64,000 nt of DNA, taken from contig NC_135761.1 of assembly GCF_052425735.1 (NCBI RefSeq), positions 17,174,001-17,238,000 of the forward strand. Reading direction: 5' to 3'. This document shows positions 50,623 to 62,700 of this stretch, one piece after another. Every line of letters starts with the position of its first letter. Position 1 is the stretch's first letter. Below the pieces are notes generated by a model. It was not told where the DNA came from. It worked only from the letters and a program-made list of their open reading frames with translations, and ran no database searches. This DNA comes from Oculina patagonica. Its lineage: Eukaryota. The translations under genes were made by a program, and so were the position numbers.

Positions 50623-51527
50623 TGTTCACATCTTAGAAAATAATTTGATACTTTGTTTACACAATGCTTTGATCTTGAAACAATTGTGAAATCCCCTTTT
50701 TAACAAACACTTAATTATTCAAGCTAATGTTTGTTTAGTTTTAAGTTATTTTTTATTGGAGACGTCATTTAAATAAGACGCGAGACAGAATTAGACATTT
50801 GGTCGGAACTTTCTGTTTGTGTTGATTTTCAGTTTTTGTTGGCAATCGACAGAAAGTCGCTTAATTCGGTTTATATTCCGGTGTTTTACTATTAAGATTC
50901 ATTTGAGTTGGGTTATAACTTCCCGATCAGATGTTAACGTATGGTTAAGTATTTACTTTGCCGTATGTCTGTCAGATAAGTGTCAGATTGTCAATCACAA
51001 GTTTGGGTTTGGAGATTTTACGCAACGTGCAGTAAGAAAGTGAAGCTCAGATCAGTGTGTTGAATTACTTAGCGCTGTTCATACTCATTTCTCACCGAAT
51101 ATTAAAAAAATTGCCATAATAACAACAAACAAGCAAATTAAAATGTGTGTGTATTTACCTTCCTCAGCGCCCTATTACACTATTATTGCTTCACTAGATA
51201 AACGTTCGGGCTCCATTTAAACAACGGTTTAATTACTTGGCGGCCCATATTTCACGTTTTATGAGGTTGTCCCGAACGCTTCTATTTTTTGTTTTTACTG
51301 TTGCAAATATTGAACCATCTGGAATATAAAGCTATATGCAGCCCTTACACTCAGTGAAAGAACCAATTGCAAGGCTGTTTACCTCATTGTAGTTAACTCG
51401 TCCCGAGGACTTTGCTTGCGCTGTTCCTCAAAGAACGCCTGACAATAACTGTGTTCTTCCTCTCTGTGGCTACAGTTATGGGTGTTTACATGAAGATGAT
51501 TAGGCAAAGATATTTTAAATTTTTTAA

Positions 51528-51811
51528 AGGGACTGTGTTACGGCTGAGTTAAATTTAGTTTATAAAGTTTTGCCAAATACTCGCTCTGAAACTTAATGTT
51601 TGCAAAGAAATTACTTTTATGGATCTAAATAACAAAACCATAGCTTTATTGCAACCAAATGTGTCTCCCGGGTGTTACAATTTTAAGTAACAATCTTGGT
51701 GTGTTATTGAAATGTTCCTTCACCGTTTTAAGAGGGTTTTTTTTATATTTCAACGAATTTGATGGTCATTTCCCATGCCTAAATTTGGCTAAAATCCGTG
51801 ACACAGTCCCT
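51528..51811. mobile_element. Kolobok-like MITE with TTAA TSD in the A1/B1 intergenic region
   Basis: TTAA|AGGGACTGTG...CACAGTCCCT|TTAA. Confidence 0.75.
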
Positions 51812-52403
51812 TTAACTAGGAAGCTTAATGTAGTCGTGCAATGTATTTTTATAGAATGCTGAACGTATTGTCAAGGAAAGCAAACATTGAAATCGCAATC
51901 CGTCCCAGAATAAACATCGCAAATCCTATGCCAGGATGATAGAAAAAGAAAGAAAAAACGATAATTATCATCAGCTGATGATAAGTCTTCCAGAGCGGTT
52001 TTATTTACTTCTAATATCCATTACGGTTTTCTACTTTTAAAATGATATTTTGTGTCTCACTGTATCCATCAGAAAGCAGCTTAGTGAGGTTTTATTGATT
52101 CTTGCAAAGGTAATTGAACATAAACGCAATAAACTATGAAGTAGTTTTCCTGAAGGCTGAAAAGCGAATAGTATTTTAAAAAGTACATTCAATGGTTAAT
52201 TTAAACTTATTCTGTCACATGCTTTCTCAGCATGACAGTTTTCTTTTACCTCGATGATTAGCAATGTTTGCATTATAGCAGCTGGTTGGACTTGCTAAAT
52301 GTGTGTAGCTTTAAAAGCTCCATAAAAACTAATAGAGAACCATTTTAAGTGAGTGCTAATTATTTCCAAGCATTTCCACTTTGAGTTATAAGGTGCTTTC
52401 AAG

Positions 52404-54384
52404 ATGAAAGTTCTCAGACTCATTTTGCTTCTTTTTACTACGCTTCGATCCACTGACAGCTTAGAACAGCGCCATATACAAGGTGCACTCAAAACAGTCC
52501 CACACCATAAACTGGATGGTCACCAAATTAAGATTCTAAAAGGTTCTACGTTGTTGTCCTGTGCTCAGTCGTGCCTAGCAGAGTCCAAGTGCGTGTCCAC
52601 GAACTTTGGAGTCTCCCCAGCAGATAATAAGCCTGTATGCGAATTAAACGATCATGGTGTTTCGTTGCTATCCAACGATGAATTGGAATACGCTAAAGGA
52701 TTTGTATTTTCTCTCTATTCGGAGACGTTTCAAGCTTCCATTGACGAGGAGGTAAGAATTTATTTGAGGTGTCATTTTGATCAATAACGCCAAAGGAGCA
52801 AGCTTTAGGAATTCTTTACATTTATCAGCTCACTTTTTTAGTTTTAGTTTAAAGCTTAATTTTCATTTTGCTTTTCTTTTTTTGTGAAGTTTTCCGTTCG
52901 TTTTACGCGACTGGGTAATCAATACTCACGAACTTGCATTACAGTGATTTTTAACGTTTCCATTTTATACAAGGCACTAAATCTAATCTATAAAGATAAA
53001 ATATGGCATTTGGATATATATTGAACAGCCCTTTTTTAAGACCAATAAGGTAGATTATAAATTCTAATTTCCTTTTCTTTGCTTGTTTTGATAAATTTTG
53101 ATTTTAGTTCCTTTTTTGTTGTTCCAGGGTGGATGTAAGCAAATAACTTGCCTCAACCAAGGCCACTGCTATTTTAACGAAGACAGACAACAATTTCAAT
53201 GCAAATGCATTCTGCCATGGACAGGAAATAGTTGCGAGACAAAGTTAGGTAAAGTTCAGTTATCGAATGCTATATTTACTGAATTTAATTACAGTTCCCT
53301 AAAATACTATCATTACTGAATCATCCTTGGAACTTATTTTACATATTACTGTTTTACTTTGAAAAGAATGTGCTAAACTAATAACACAACGTAAAAGAAA
53401 TTAATTGCACATTCCGTTTGAAGCTTGGTTGTCTTTCTTCCTTGCGTTTTTTTTCAGTGCGCTCAACAAAATAGCCGCTGTCATCGTTATTTCAACCAAC
53501 CGTAGTGCACATTGATCGAATAGTGCATATTGATATATATTTCTTATCCCGTAGATATTTATTACGACTTCACTACACTTGGTGCGACGGGCAGGTTCGG
53601 CCCTACGAATAACAACCAGTACCATGCTACATCCTTGGAAGGAATCTTAGTACAAAATGGCTTGCAAACATGGAATGTTCCCGTGACGGCTCAATATCAA
53701 CTTGAACTGTGTGGAGCATCAGGAGCGGACTTCACCGACCTTGGCACGAAAGGTGGCAGAGGAGCTAAGCTACGAAGAAGTGTCCATCTTCAGAAAGGAG
53801 CACAGTTGACAGTTTTAGTAGGACAGGATGGATTAGGAGGAGGAGGTGGTGGTGGCACGTTTGTTGTATTTGCTGATGATGGCAGCCCGTTGGCTGTGGC
53901 TGGCGGTGGCGGTGCAGCGGATGTTGTTGATGGTGATCCTGGACAAGCCGGCAATAGTGGTAGCGTAAATGCTGGCCAACCAGGAAACGGAGGGATGGTG
54001 TGTGTGACTAGAGGCAAGGTAACGGACTTGTTCGGTGTGGGAGGTGGAGGTGGTCTCGTCACCAATGGTCGATGCTATGTGAATTCCAATTGCAACAAGC
54101 CATGCACCGAGAACGACGGAGGCAAATCGTTTAACGCAGGTGGAGAAGGAGGGTACAGTACAATAAAGAAGAGTCGATGTGCAGGCGGTTTCGGCGGTGG
54201 TGGAAATTGTGGGGGAGGAGGTGGATATTCTGGTGGTGGCGCTCAAGTTGACGGGAAAACTTTAAATTATCACGCCGGAGGAGGAGGGTCGTTTGTTCCT
54301 AACGCTGATTGGACGGTTGTGTCGGGTGGTTGTTCCCCTGGAGACGGTTTTGCTTCGTTTCAAATACTGGCAGTAGATTTATGA
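52404..54384 (+). CDS. B1: secreted PAN-EGF-ALK/LTK glycine-rich-domain protein, ~432 aa
   Basis: Exon 52404-52751: signal peptide MKVLRLILLLF and PAN SCAQSCLAESKC...CELN. Exon 53128-53248: EGF GGCKQITCLNQGHC...CKCILPWTGNSC. Exon 53555-54384: GRD FTTLGATGRFGP...GLQTWNVP...VLVGQDG...GGGGGYSGGG. Phases 0 and 1. Confidence 0.92.
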
Positions 54385-54544
54385 GTGGTCGCCAAATATT
54401 AAAGCCTGGTTATGACTTATTGCCGAAAGTACTAATTGGAACTCAAACTATCAGCTGGGGGTATTTCTAACAGTTCTAATACAGAGACTTGTAAAACAGT
54501 TTTCAGAGTTTTTTTTGCGCGATGATGCAAATGAAGGTGGTATA

Positions 54545-54727
54545 TACACCTTATTCCAAAATGGCGGCAAATACATTAATCTTTAGCCTATATGTTAATT
54601 AGCCCTTATTGCCTCGTTTTAAGCCAATGATTCTTTTGAATTCTGCAGATACGATCGAGGCAACGAGGGCCAATTAACATGAAGACAAAAGAATAATGTA
54701 TTGTCCACCATTTTGGAATAAGGCGTA
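54545..54727. mobile_element. Short MITE
   Basis: TIRs tacaccttattccaaaatgg/ccattttggaataaggcgta. Confidence 0.7.
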
Positions 54728-56040
54728 TTGAACATAATTTGTTTGCACAAATTCCCTTTCACCTAACAATTAATTCTTCAAACTCGGCTTATGTCTGCTT
54801 AGTTTTAAGTTTTTTTATTATTTTAACAACACTTAAAGTAGGTGCAAGATGCACATTTTGTCGGAACCTTTTATTCTTGTTGATTATTTCTTTTGCTAGC
54901 AGCCGACAGAAATTCGATATAAGGCAGGTTGCTAGAGTTTAAATCTCAGGTCTACTGGTGATACTTTTTGTTCTATTTGGAACTTTGCGCTGTTTACACT
55001 AATCTCACACTGACAGCGAGGAAAATGTGTCTATAAAAAGAACAAAAAACAAACATTATTGACGTGTGCGCATTGTACGATATATTCGTGTACAAAAGAA
55101 ATGTGTGCCGGGTTATTGCTCTCCTTACACGCTTGTAGTGCCTTGCGAAATTAATGTTCGGTTTCTTTATTAGCAACCGTTTTATTAGTACTGGCCCATA
55201 ATTTACTAGGGGTCATGTTTCATTTCTAAGTCTGACAGTAAACAATTGTCTGTAAAAACTTATTTCGTGTTTTTAATGATGCAGAAAATCACCCAGAGTA
55301 CTAAAGCGTTAGGCAGCCCATTCGATCAACCGAACATTTCAAGAACTACGGCAGCTTACCCTAGTAGCTTACCTCGCATCTCAGACTAACTTTCTAACTT
55401 GTTTGCTTACGCTGCTCCACAGAGATCACCTGACAATTATGCTGGGCTAACTATAGGCTGGGGCTTAGTGTGTTTGCTTGTTGACTGGGTCCATCATATT
55501 TACTTGATCCAACTATTAAACCAATTCAAGAAAGTAGTCGTGCCAATCGTTTCACTAGAACTGAAAATGCCGGACTAGAAAATCACACATAGAAATTACA
55601 GTTCCTTTATAAAGTCATCATATTCTAGGGAAGGGTGCAGAAAAAAGGCCTTTAATATACCGTTAATTATAGTTGGTGGTAGGTAAACGTTACTTCGTTA
55701 CTTCAGGTTGTTTCGATATCCATAAATTTACACTTCTAAGTCCATCACATGACGGCTTGCATGAATGTGATGAATTTTAAAGTAGTTTTACTTGAAAGTT
55801 GGGAAACAAATAGTACTTTTAAAAGATTATTTAAAGGTTAATTTGAACTTCTTCTGTCACATGCTTTCTCAATCTGACGTTTTTTTCTTTCACCTCGATG
55901 ATTAGCAATGTTTGAATCGTAGCAGCTGAATGCACAAGCTAAAATGTATGTAGCTTTTGTAAGAGCTAACAAAGAGCCATGTCAAGTGACTGCAAATCAT
56001 TTCAAAGCATTTTCACTTTGCGTTCAGAGATCTTTTCGAC

Positions 56041-58813
56041 ATGAACGACCTTAGTCTCATTTTGCTCCTTTTCGCTATGCTTCGAACCACTAACAGCCTA
56101 GAACAGCGTCATATTCTCGGCGCGCTCAAGACAGTTTCAAACCATAAACTAAATGGTCACCAAATTAAGGTTCTGAAAGGTTCTACGTTGTTATCATGTG
56201 CTCAGTCGTGCCTAGCGGAGCCCAAGTGCGTGTCCACGAACTTTGGAGTCCCGCCTGCGGAGGTTAAGCCTGTATGCGAGCTAAACGATCGTAGTGTTTC
56301 GTTGCTATCCAACGATGAATTAGAATACGCTGAAGGATTTGTATTTTCTCTCTATTCGGAGACGTTTCAAACTGCGGGCAGTGACATGAAGGTAGGGGTG
56401 ATTTACTTTAGGCTTCATTTTAATTAACGAAAACAAACGAGTGAGTTTCAGATCCACTCATGGTTTTTGCTTTGGATTTTAGGATGCTTACTGATGTTTT
56501 ATTGATAAAGATAATTTCTTGATCGATAACGTACCAAATCTTTTTCACTTAAGTAGCATGAGTTTAACCTTTCTCTTTCACGTAAATGTACGTTTAACAC
56601 TATCATTAAATGAACTGTTTAGACTTCACTGCATTACACTTAAACAAGAGAAAATTCGGGATTTTCTCTTGATGTTAACGCAAACTCAAAGTGCACTAAC
56701 TTATTAAATTGAACTAAAACATACCATTTACAATTGTTACTCGTGTTAAAAGTTAACACCAGTGAAGTACTATGCTTTTTTCTTTATTTTTTTTCTCTGT
56801 GCTTACTTTGAGACATTGAAGGATATTGTTTTTGTGTCAGGATGGCTGTAAACAGATAACTTGTCTCAACCAAGGCCACTGCTATTTCGACGGAGAAAAA
56901 GAACAATTTCGGTGTAAATGCATTCTTCCATGGACAGGAAACAGTTGCGAGACAAAGATAGGTAAAGCTTGCTTTTGAATGCTATAACTACTACGTATAC
57001 TTGCATTTGTACCACGAAATACAAGCGAGCTAGCCTGAGCGATCTTTGGCAACCCAGTAGCGGGTAAAAGGCGAAGTAAACCAGGCAAACTAGGATGCAA
57101 GGAATGGCGCAGTGATGAGAGCACTCGCCTTCCACAAATGTATCCCATGTATCTCAGTTAAATTTGTTGTTAGACCTCAGTCCTTGCTCTGAGGGCCTTT
57201 CTAATGTGAATCATGGGCCACAAGTTTGCAGTCGTTAGACTGTGGTATGTGCTACCCTTGTTAAAGGGTCTTAAAGAAATTTGACTTAACCATCGGCGCA
57301 GAGGAAGTTAACAAAACCCGAAAATGAGATTGTGCTAGAACTGTTGCTGTGCTAACGTCATGGAAAAATGGAAAATTTTTGACTCGAGGTAGCGAAACGA
57401 AACGAGCTGGTAACGAGTCCCTAGAATGGCTGTGAGAACAAAAACTCAAGATTTAGTTTCCCACCTGGTCCGATCAACACACCAGTAAAGCCAAGTTTAC
57501 GCAAGCAATTTTTATATGACAATTTTTGTGAAAATTTTTATTTGCTTGTGTAGATGCCAAAGTTTATGAGACAAATGTATTTGATGACAAGCTGGTGTGA
57601 GCTTTCATGTGACTAATCAAAGTTGCCACACAGGGACATTGCTCGTGTAGACGACTCGTCACATAAAATCTGTTAAATATTGCGTCAGCATATGTGTTCC
57701 CCAATCTCCTAAACTCCCACTGATCACTGTGCGCTCGTATCTCTTTGCGTATCTTTGCCGTCAAACGTCATTACTGGCGCACTTAGCTTTGGATTGCTGA
57801 CAAATGACTGTTGTGCAATCTACACGATCAAATATATTTGTCACAAAAATTGTCAGACATATAAATTGCCTGTGTGAACCAGGCCTAACTGTTATGCGTA
57901 AACAAAGCAATTACATAGTTGTCTTATTTCGTTCAACTCATTCAAGAAATAGTTTAAACCCTGAGTTCTTATGGTTTCTTTTTCCATAGATGTTTATTAT
58001 TACTTTACCACACTTGGTGCGACGGGAAGGTTCGGACCAAAGAACAACGCCCAGTACCAAGGTACGTCTTTGGAAGGAATCTCAGTACAAGACGGCATGC
58101 AAACATGGAATGTTCCCGTAACGGCTCAATATCACCTTGATCTGTGTGGAGCTTCAGGAGCGGACAACAACAACCTTTACACAAAAGGTGGCAGAGGAGC
58201 TAAGGTACAAGGAAGTGTCCATCTCCAGCAAGGAACACAGTTGACAGTTTTAGTAGGACAATTAGGAAAAGGAGGAGGAGGTGGTGGTGGCACGTTTGTT
58301 GTATTTGCTGATGGTGGCAGCCCGTTGGCTGTGGCTGGCGGTGGCGGTGCAGGTGATTTTGTTGATGGTGATCCTGGACAAGCCGGCAATAGTGGTAGCG
58401 TTAATACTGGCCAGCCAGGAAACGGAGGGATGGTGTGTGTGTCTAGAGGCAAGGTAACTGATTTACTCGGTGTGGGAGGTGGAGGAGGTCTCGTCACAGA
58501 TGGTCGATGCTATGTGAATTCCAATTGCAACAAGCCATGCACTGACAATGACGGAGGTAAATCGTTTAACTCAGGGGGAGAAGGAGGGTTCAACAAAAAC
58601 TCTCGATGTGCGGGTGGATTCGGTGGCGGTGGAAACTGTGGGGGAGGAGGTGGATACTCTGGTGGTGGTGCACAAGTCGATGGAAAAAGTAAGAATCTGG
58701 ATCTTCACGCCGGAGGAGGAGGGTCGTTTGTCCCTGGAGCTGATTGGACTGTTGTGTCTGGAGGTTGTTCCCCTGGAGACGGGTTTGCCACGTTTCAAAT
58801 AGTAGTGGACTAA
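56041..58813 (+). CDS. B2: tandem paralog of B1, PAN-EGF-GRD, ~431 aa
   Basis: Exons 56041-56391, 56841-56961 (DGCKQITCLNQGHCYFDGEKEQFRCKC...) and 57990-58813. Same phases as B1. The upstream region is also homologous to B1's. Confidence 0.92.
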
Positions 58814-59619
58814 TAAACTATCCTTTAAGGACATGTAGTGGGTGATATTAGTTCGATAGAAACTAGACTTTGGCTTGAAATGATTGATTGGTACTTCTAT
58901 AAATGCAAGAGGAAGTGTCTCAGAGTCCAAGTGTCTTAGATACTTCTAGGTATAATTAAGTGTAACTCTTCACCTGTATTTTCTGTATTTTTTATACCAC
59001 ATCTCAACAGCCAAGCGTCTTTAAATTCCAAGCACTGCAAAGAAGGCAATTTTTGGAATTCAAATTCAATAGAGTTATCTATACCGTCAGAGTTCCATAA
59101 TTAAAGAAGTCTGCATCTCGGGTAATGGATCTTTTTCCATCAGATTAGCGTTCTATTTTTAAAACAATGCTTGAGAAAATAACGTAGACGGCTTTTTCTG
59201 CGAACTAATAACCAATCGCGTGGAAGTATTATTTCGAGCGCGCCTTTGATTGGTTAGTAGAGCAAGATGAGCCGAATTGCTGAAGACAGGCATAGGCTAT
59301 TTCGAAATTTATACTTTTTGTTGTTTATCATATAACGCGCAGTTAGTGAGATTTAAATCTTACCGGGTACGATCCACTGATCTGCTCTTTCGTCAATGAT
59401 CATAGCACTGAAATTCAGTGCTAAAAAAAGTCGCAGCATCCAGTAGGATGTGTTGTGATTTGGAGTCAGATCATAGTTAAGATGGCAAAGAGCGAAAAAG
59501 AAAAAAAAAATCACTACAATTTAGTGTCAATGTAATGAGTACTGCTGTGCTAATTGATGACAGTGGAAACAGAGGAACAAAGATGATAAATCGAACAGAG
59601 AAATTTAAACGATGATAAA

Positions 59620-59785
59620 AATCCCAACTGGCAGGAGGCTGACCCGTTGGCATTATACAAAGCGTGGAGGAGTTCGGGACTATCGAAGACAAATTCATCT
59701 GGTGGCAGAGTGGAGGACTTGAACCCGGCACCCAGGCACCTATAGATTACAAGTCCAGCGCCCTAACCACCAGGCCACGCTGTCT
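59620..59785 (-). mobile_element. tRNA-derived SINE
   Basis: The minus strand begins cagcgtggcctggtggttagggcgctggac...ggttcaagtcc, which gives tRNA-like A and B boxes. Confidence 0.6.
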
Positions 59786-62700
59786 CGCCTTTTCACTCGT
59801 CTTCAAACTTCAAGCGGTTGAAATCACTATTTAAAGAGAATGGCCTATGAAAATAATGTGTTTTGATTTATTGTATTGCCCACTGACTATCCAAAAATAT
59901 TCGCAAACAATTTCAGTTAGCAATTTAGTAAACGAGTGGTTGTTTTTGAAGACTCGGGAGCAAGACACTATGATTGGGTTGAAGAAGAGGCATTCAACAA
60001 AGACGAAATGCGTTTTCTTTACCCAAAAAAATAAATATTTTATTCCAGCAAAAGTTGCGTTTTCTTTTTTTGCTTTCATCACAGACGTAAAAAAATCAGG
60101 TCAATGGTTTGCCTTTATTTGAAAGTATTTGTTTAGTTAGGGACTGCTGATACCGTACATTCCGGCTGCAACCATAAAGTAGTTTTGAATACTAGGAAAC
60201 ATAGCCGGAACTGTCCTGACTTTATTTTTTTTTTGCCATTCGAAATGTGGTTATTTTAAACGTAAAATAAAACACGACGGCTATCGTGAAAACCAATTCA
60301 ACCGGATTTAATTCTCGAGATCTATTGCAAATTACGTATCCTAAGGGCATGATCTCGAGTTCTGCAAAAAAAAAGTTCATCTGAGTATATACCTGAAATA
60401 TTCATTGCAAGTAATCGCTCAGTAGCGGATTAATTCGGCGAGTTGTTAATGGGTTGCTTTTTTAAAAATTTATACACAGAATTACAATCTCACGAACTTT
60501 TAATCTTTTATACACTGTCTCGCTACAAAATTTATATTCAAAACGCCTACTCAGTGACCTGACTGACTACAAACAAAGGCTGCTAAAAGCCACTTTAAAA
60601 CAGTTGAAGCTTGACTCCGGTTTGCACGTCATTTGCTACCAAAACCCTCCCCCAAGATCTAGAACAATTGCAAACAAAAGCAGAGCAGAAGTCTGAGGAA
60701 TTTTACTGACTGAATAAAGGCTGCAGTAATTCGACTCTTTTTCTATCACCAAAGAGAACACCTTCTTAAGGCTGCTAAACTTAACTTGTTTATTTTTCAG
60801 TACTGTGGTGTTTCGATTAATTAAAAATATCGTCCAGTGCTGATTGACCATGCATGTCGTCTACAACAGAGACCGTGTTGCGAAAGCAGCTAAACAATAC
60901 ATTGAATTCGAAAGGCGTATAATTATATAGTTCAAGGCCAAACGCGTGGTTTGCGTGCCTTTTTCCCAGCACTTAATTTCGCAACCTAGTTTCCATGACA
61001 ACAAATGCACTACAACCTTAACAACAAACTTACCATTTGCCTTATTTCTTAACTGAACCTTTGCTCTACATAGAGAACGTGATTTCCGGCCAGAATGTTT
61101 CCCGCGCGTCAGCGTTTCAAGCAGTGCTCACGCCACGAAGACAAAGAGTACACGTTTTTTGTTGTTGTTTTGGTCAATTTACTTTCTTTTATTCTCTATG
61201 CCAAAATAACGGAGTTTCTTTCAAGTTGACAAGCACAGGAAAGTGTTTTAAACAGTTAACCTAACGTACTCTTTCATAGTCGGTTTTGCAAGCACGTTTT
61301 CTTTTCTTCGAGTGCACTTAAAACGGAAAGGAAAAATTGGAAGATGATTTGGTGCCGGTTAGATTTTCAAAGATAGGACGCTACTCATTAAAAGGAAGAA
61401 AATATAGAGCACAAGCGTACGCCGATGCTCATGTATGTCATTTAGGGAATTACGAAGAGAGAACATAAAGTCAGTGAAATTCACTTTTCTTATACAACTT
61501 ACTTCAGTTATATCGTTCGCTTTCCAGTTTTCCTCGTGCATCTAAACTTAGCATCTAGAAATTAACTTGGATTTTTTCGCCTTTATTTATTTATAATTCC
61601 TTCACATAATTAACAGATTAAAAACTCAAGTCACTTTCGAAAACATTGTCACTTTTCCTTGCTCAGAATGCAAACCGCCCTTATTTCATTTTTTAGGTTC
61701 TGAGAACAACATTACACCCTCAGTTCTCCTTATAATTATATATCATTCGCCATGCATTGTACCGGTTCGTTGCGGTAAACTCGCAACTTCGGTGAGTTTT
61801 AAAAGCCGACTGACAGGAAGTATGCAATGATTTCCACATCTCTAGGCGACCACACATTCGCTTCTCCATTTATCGGACTTTTAGTGTTCACTGTAAATCA
61901 ATGATGTTTTTATTAAAAAGCCATACGTTTACTTTTACAGCACAAAACTTTATCGTATCAAACAAAAATGCCACCTCTTATATGCTTCTGCGTTTTTCCT
62001 TTTTTCTTGCCGGATTTGGTAAATTTGGTACTGTCGGTAACTCGACTGCTCGTAGCAGACAAAAACAACAGACTAATTTATAAGGAATCAAACCGTTTCA
62101 GATTTACAGATACAAAGTTTTAAAACAGTTGACATCATCTGTTGATGACAATTGGCTTTCACTTAGTATGCATGAAATGTTATCATGCTTATTTAAACTC
62201 GTGAAAGAAGAATTAGTTTATTTAAAATTTGAATTAGTATATTTGAAATTTGAGATCTGTGTTTTGTTGATTTTAAGTGTCCGTATATGGATTGGTTAGT
62301 AAGTCAGTATGTAAGTAAATAAAACGTTAACTGGGCTGATGGAGAGAGTGATTCGTGACATAAAACTTGTCAGTTTGTGGGTGTTTGAAAAATTGCGTGT
62401 CAGATCGAAGATGAAGGGTTTTCATGGTTAGCTGCACAGCGCTGTTTATCTCATCTGCTTTATGAATGCATTAATATTCTTGTCGGGTTGATTTTAGTTG
62501 AAATATTCAAATTGCATTCATCTTTTTACATTTTAAATTTGCTGTTAGAAATAAAGACAAGATCACAAAAAATTATTTTAATGTGGTTGGCGTTGAAGAG
62601 TAAAAGGAAACGTTATAAACAATAGTAACAGGCTTCAAGGATAACACGCGAAAAATGAAAAGATGGGAGTTAAGACGTCTAGTCAGTTACATAATCAAAC

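Noticed and set aside
8025-58813. Seven independent PAN-EGF-GRD genes in a real inverted duplication
   Set aside because: The seamless join across the two 500-N gaps and the mirrored gene order favour 4 genes plus an inserted haplotig. A real duplication is not fully excluded without reads.
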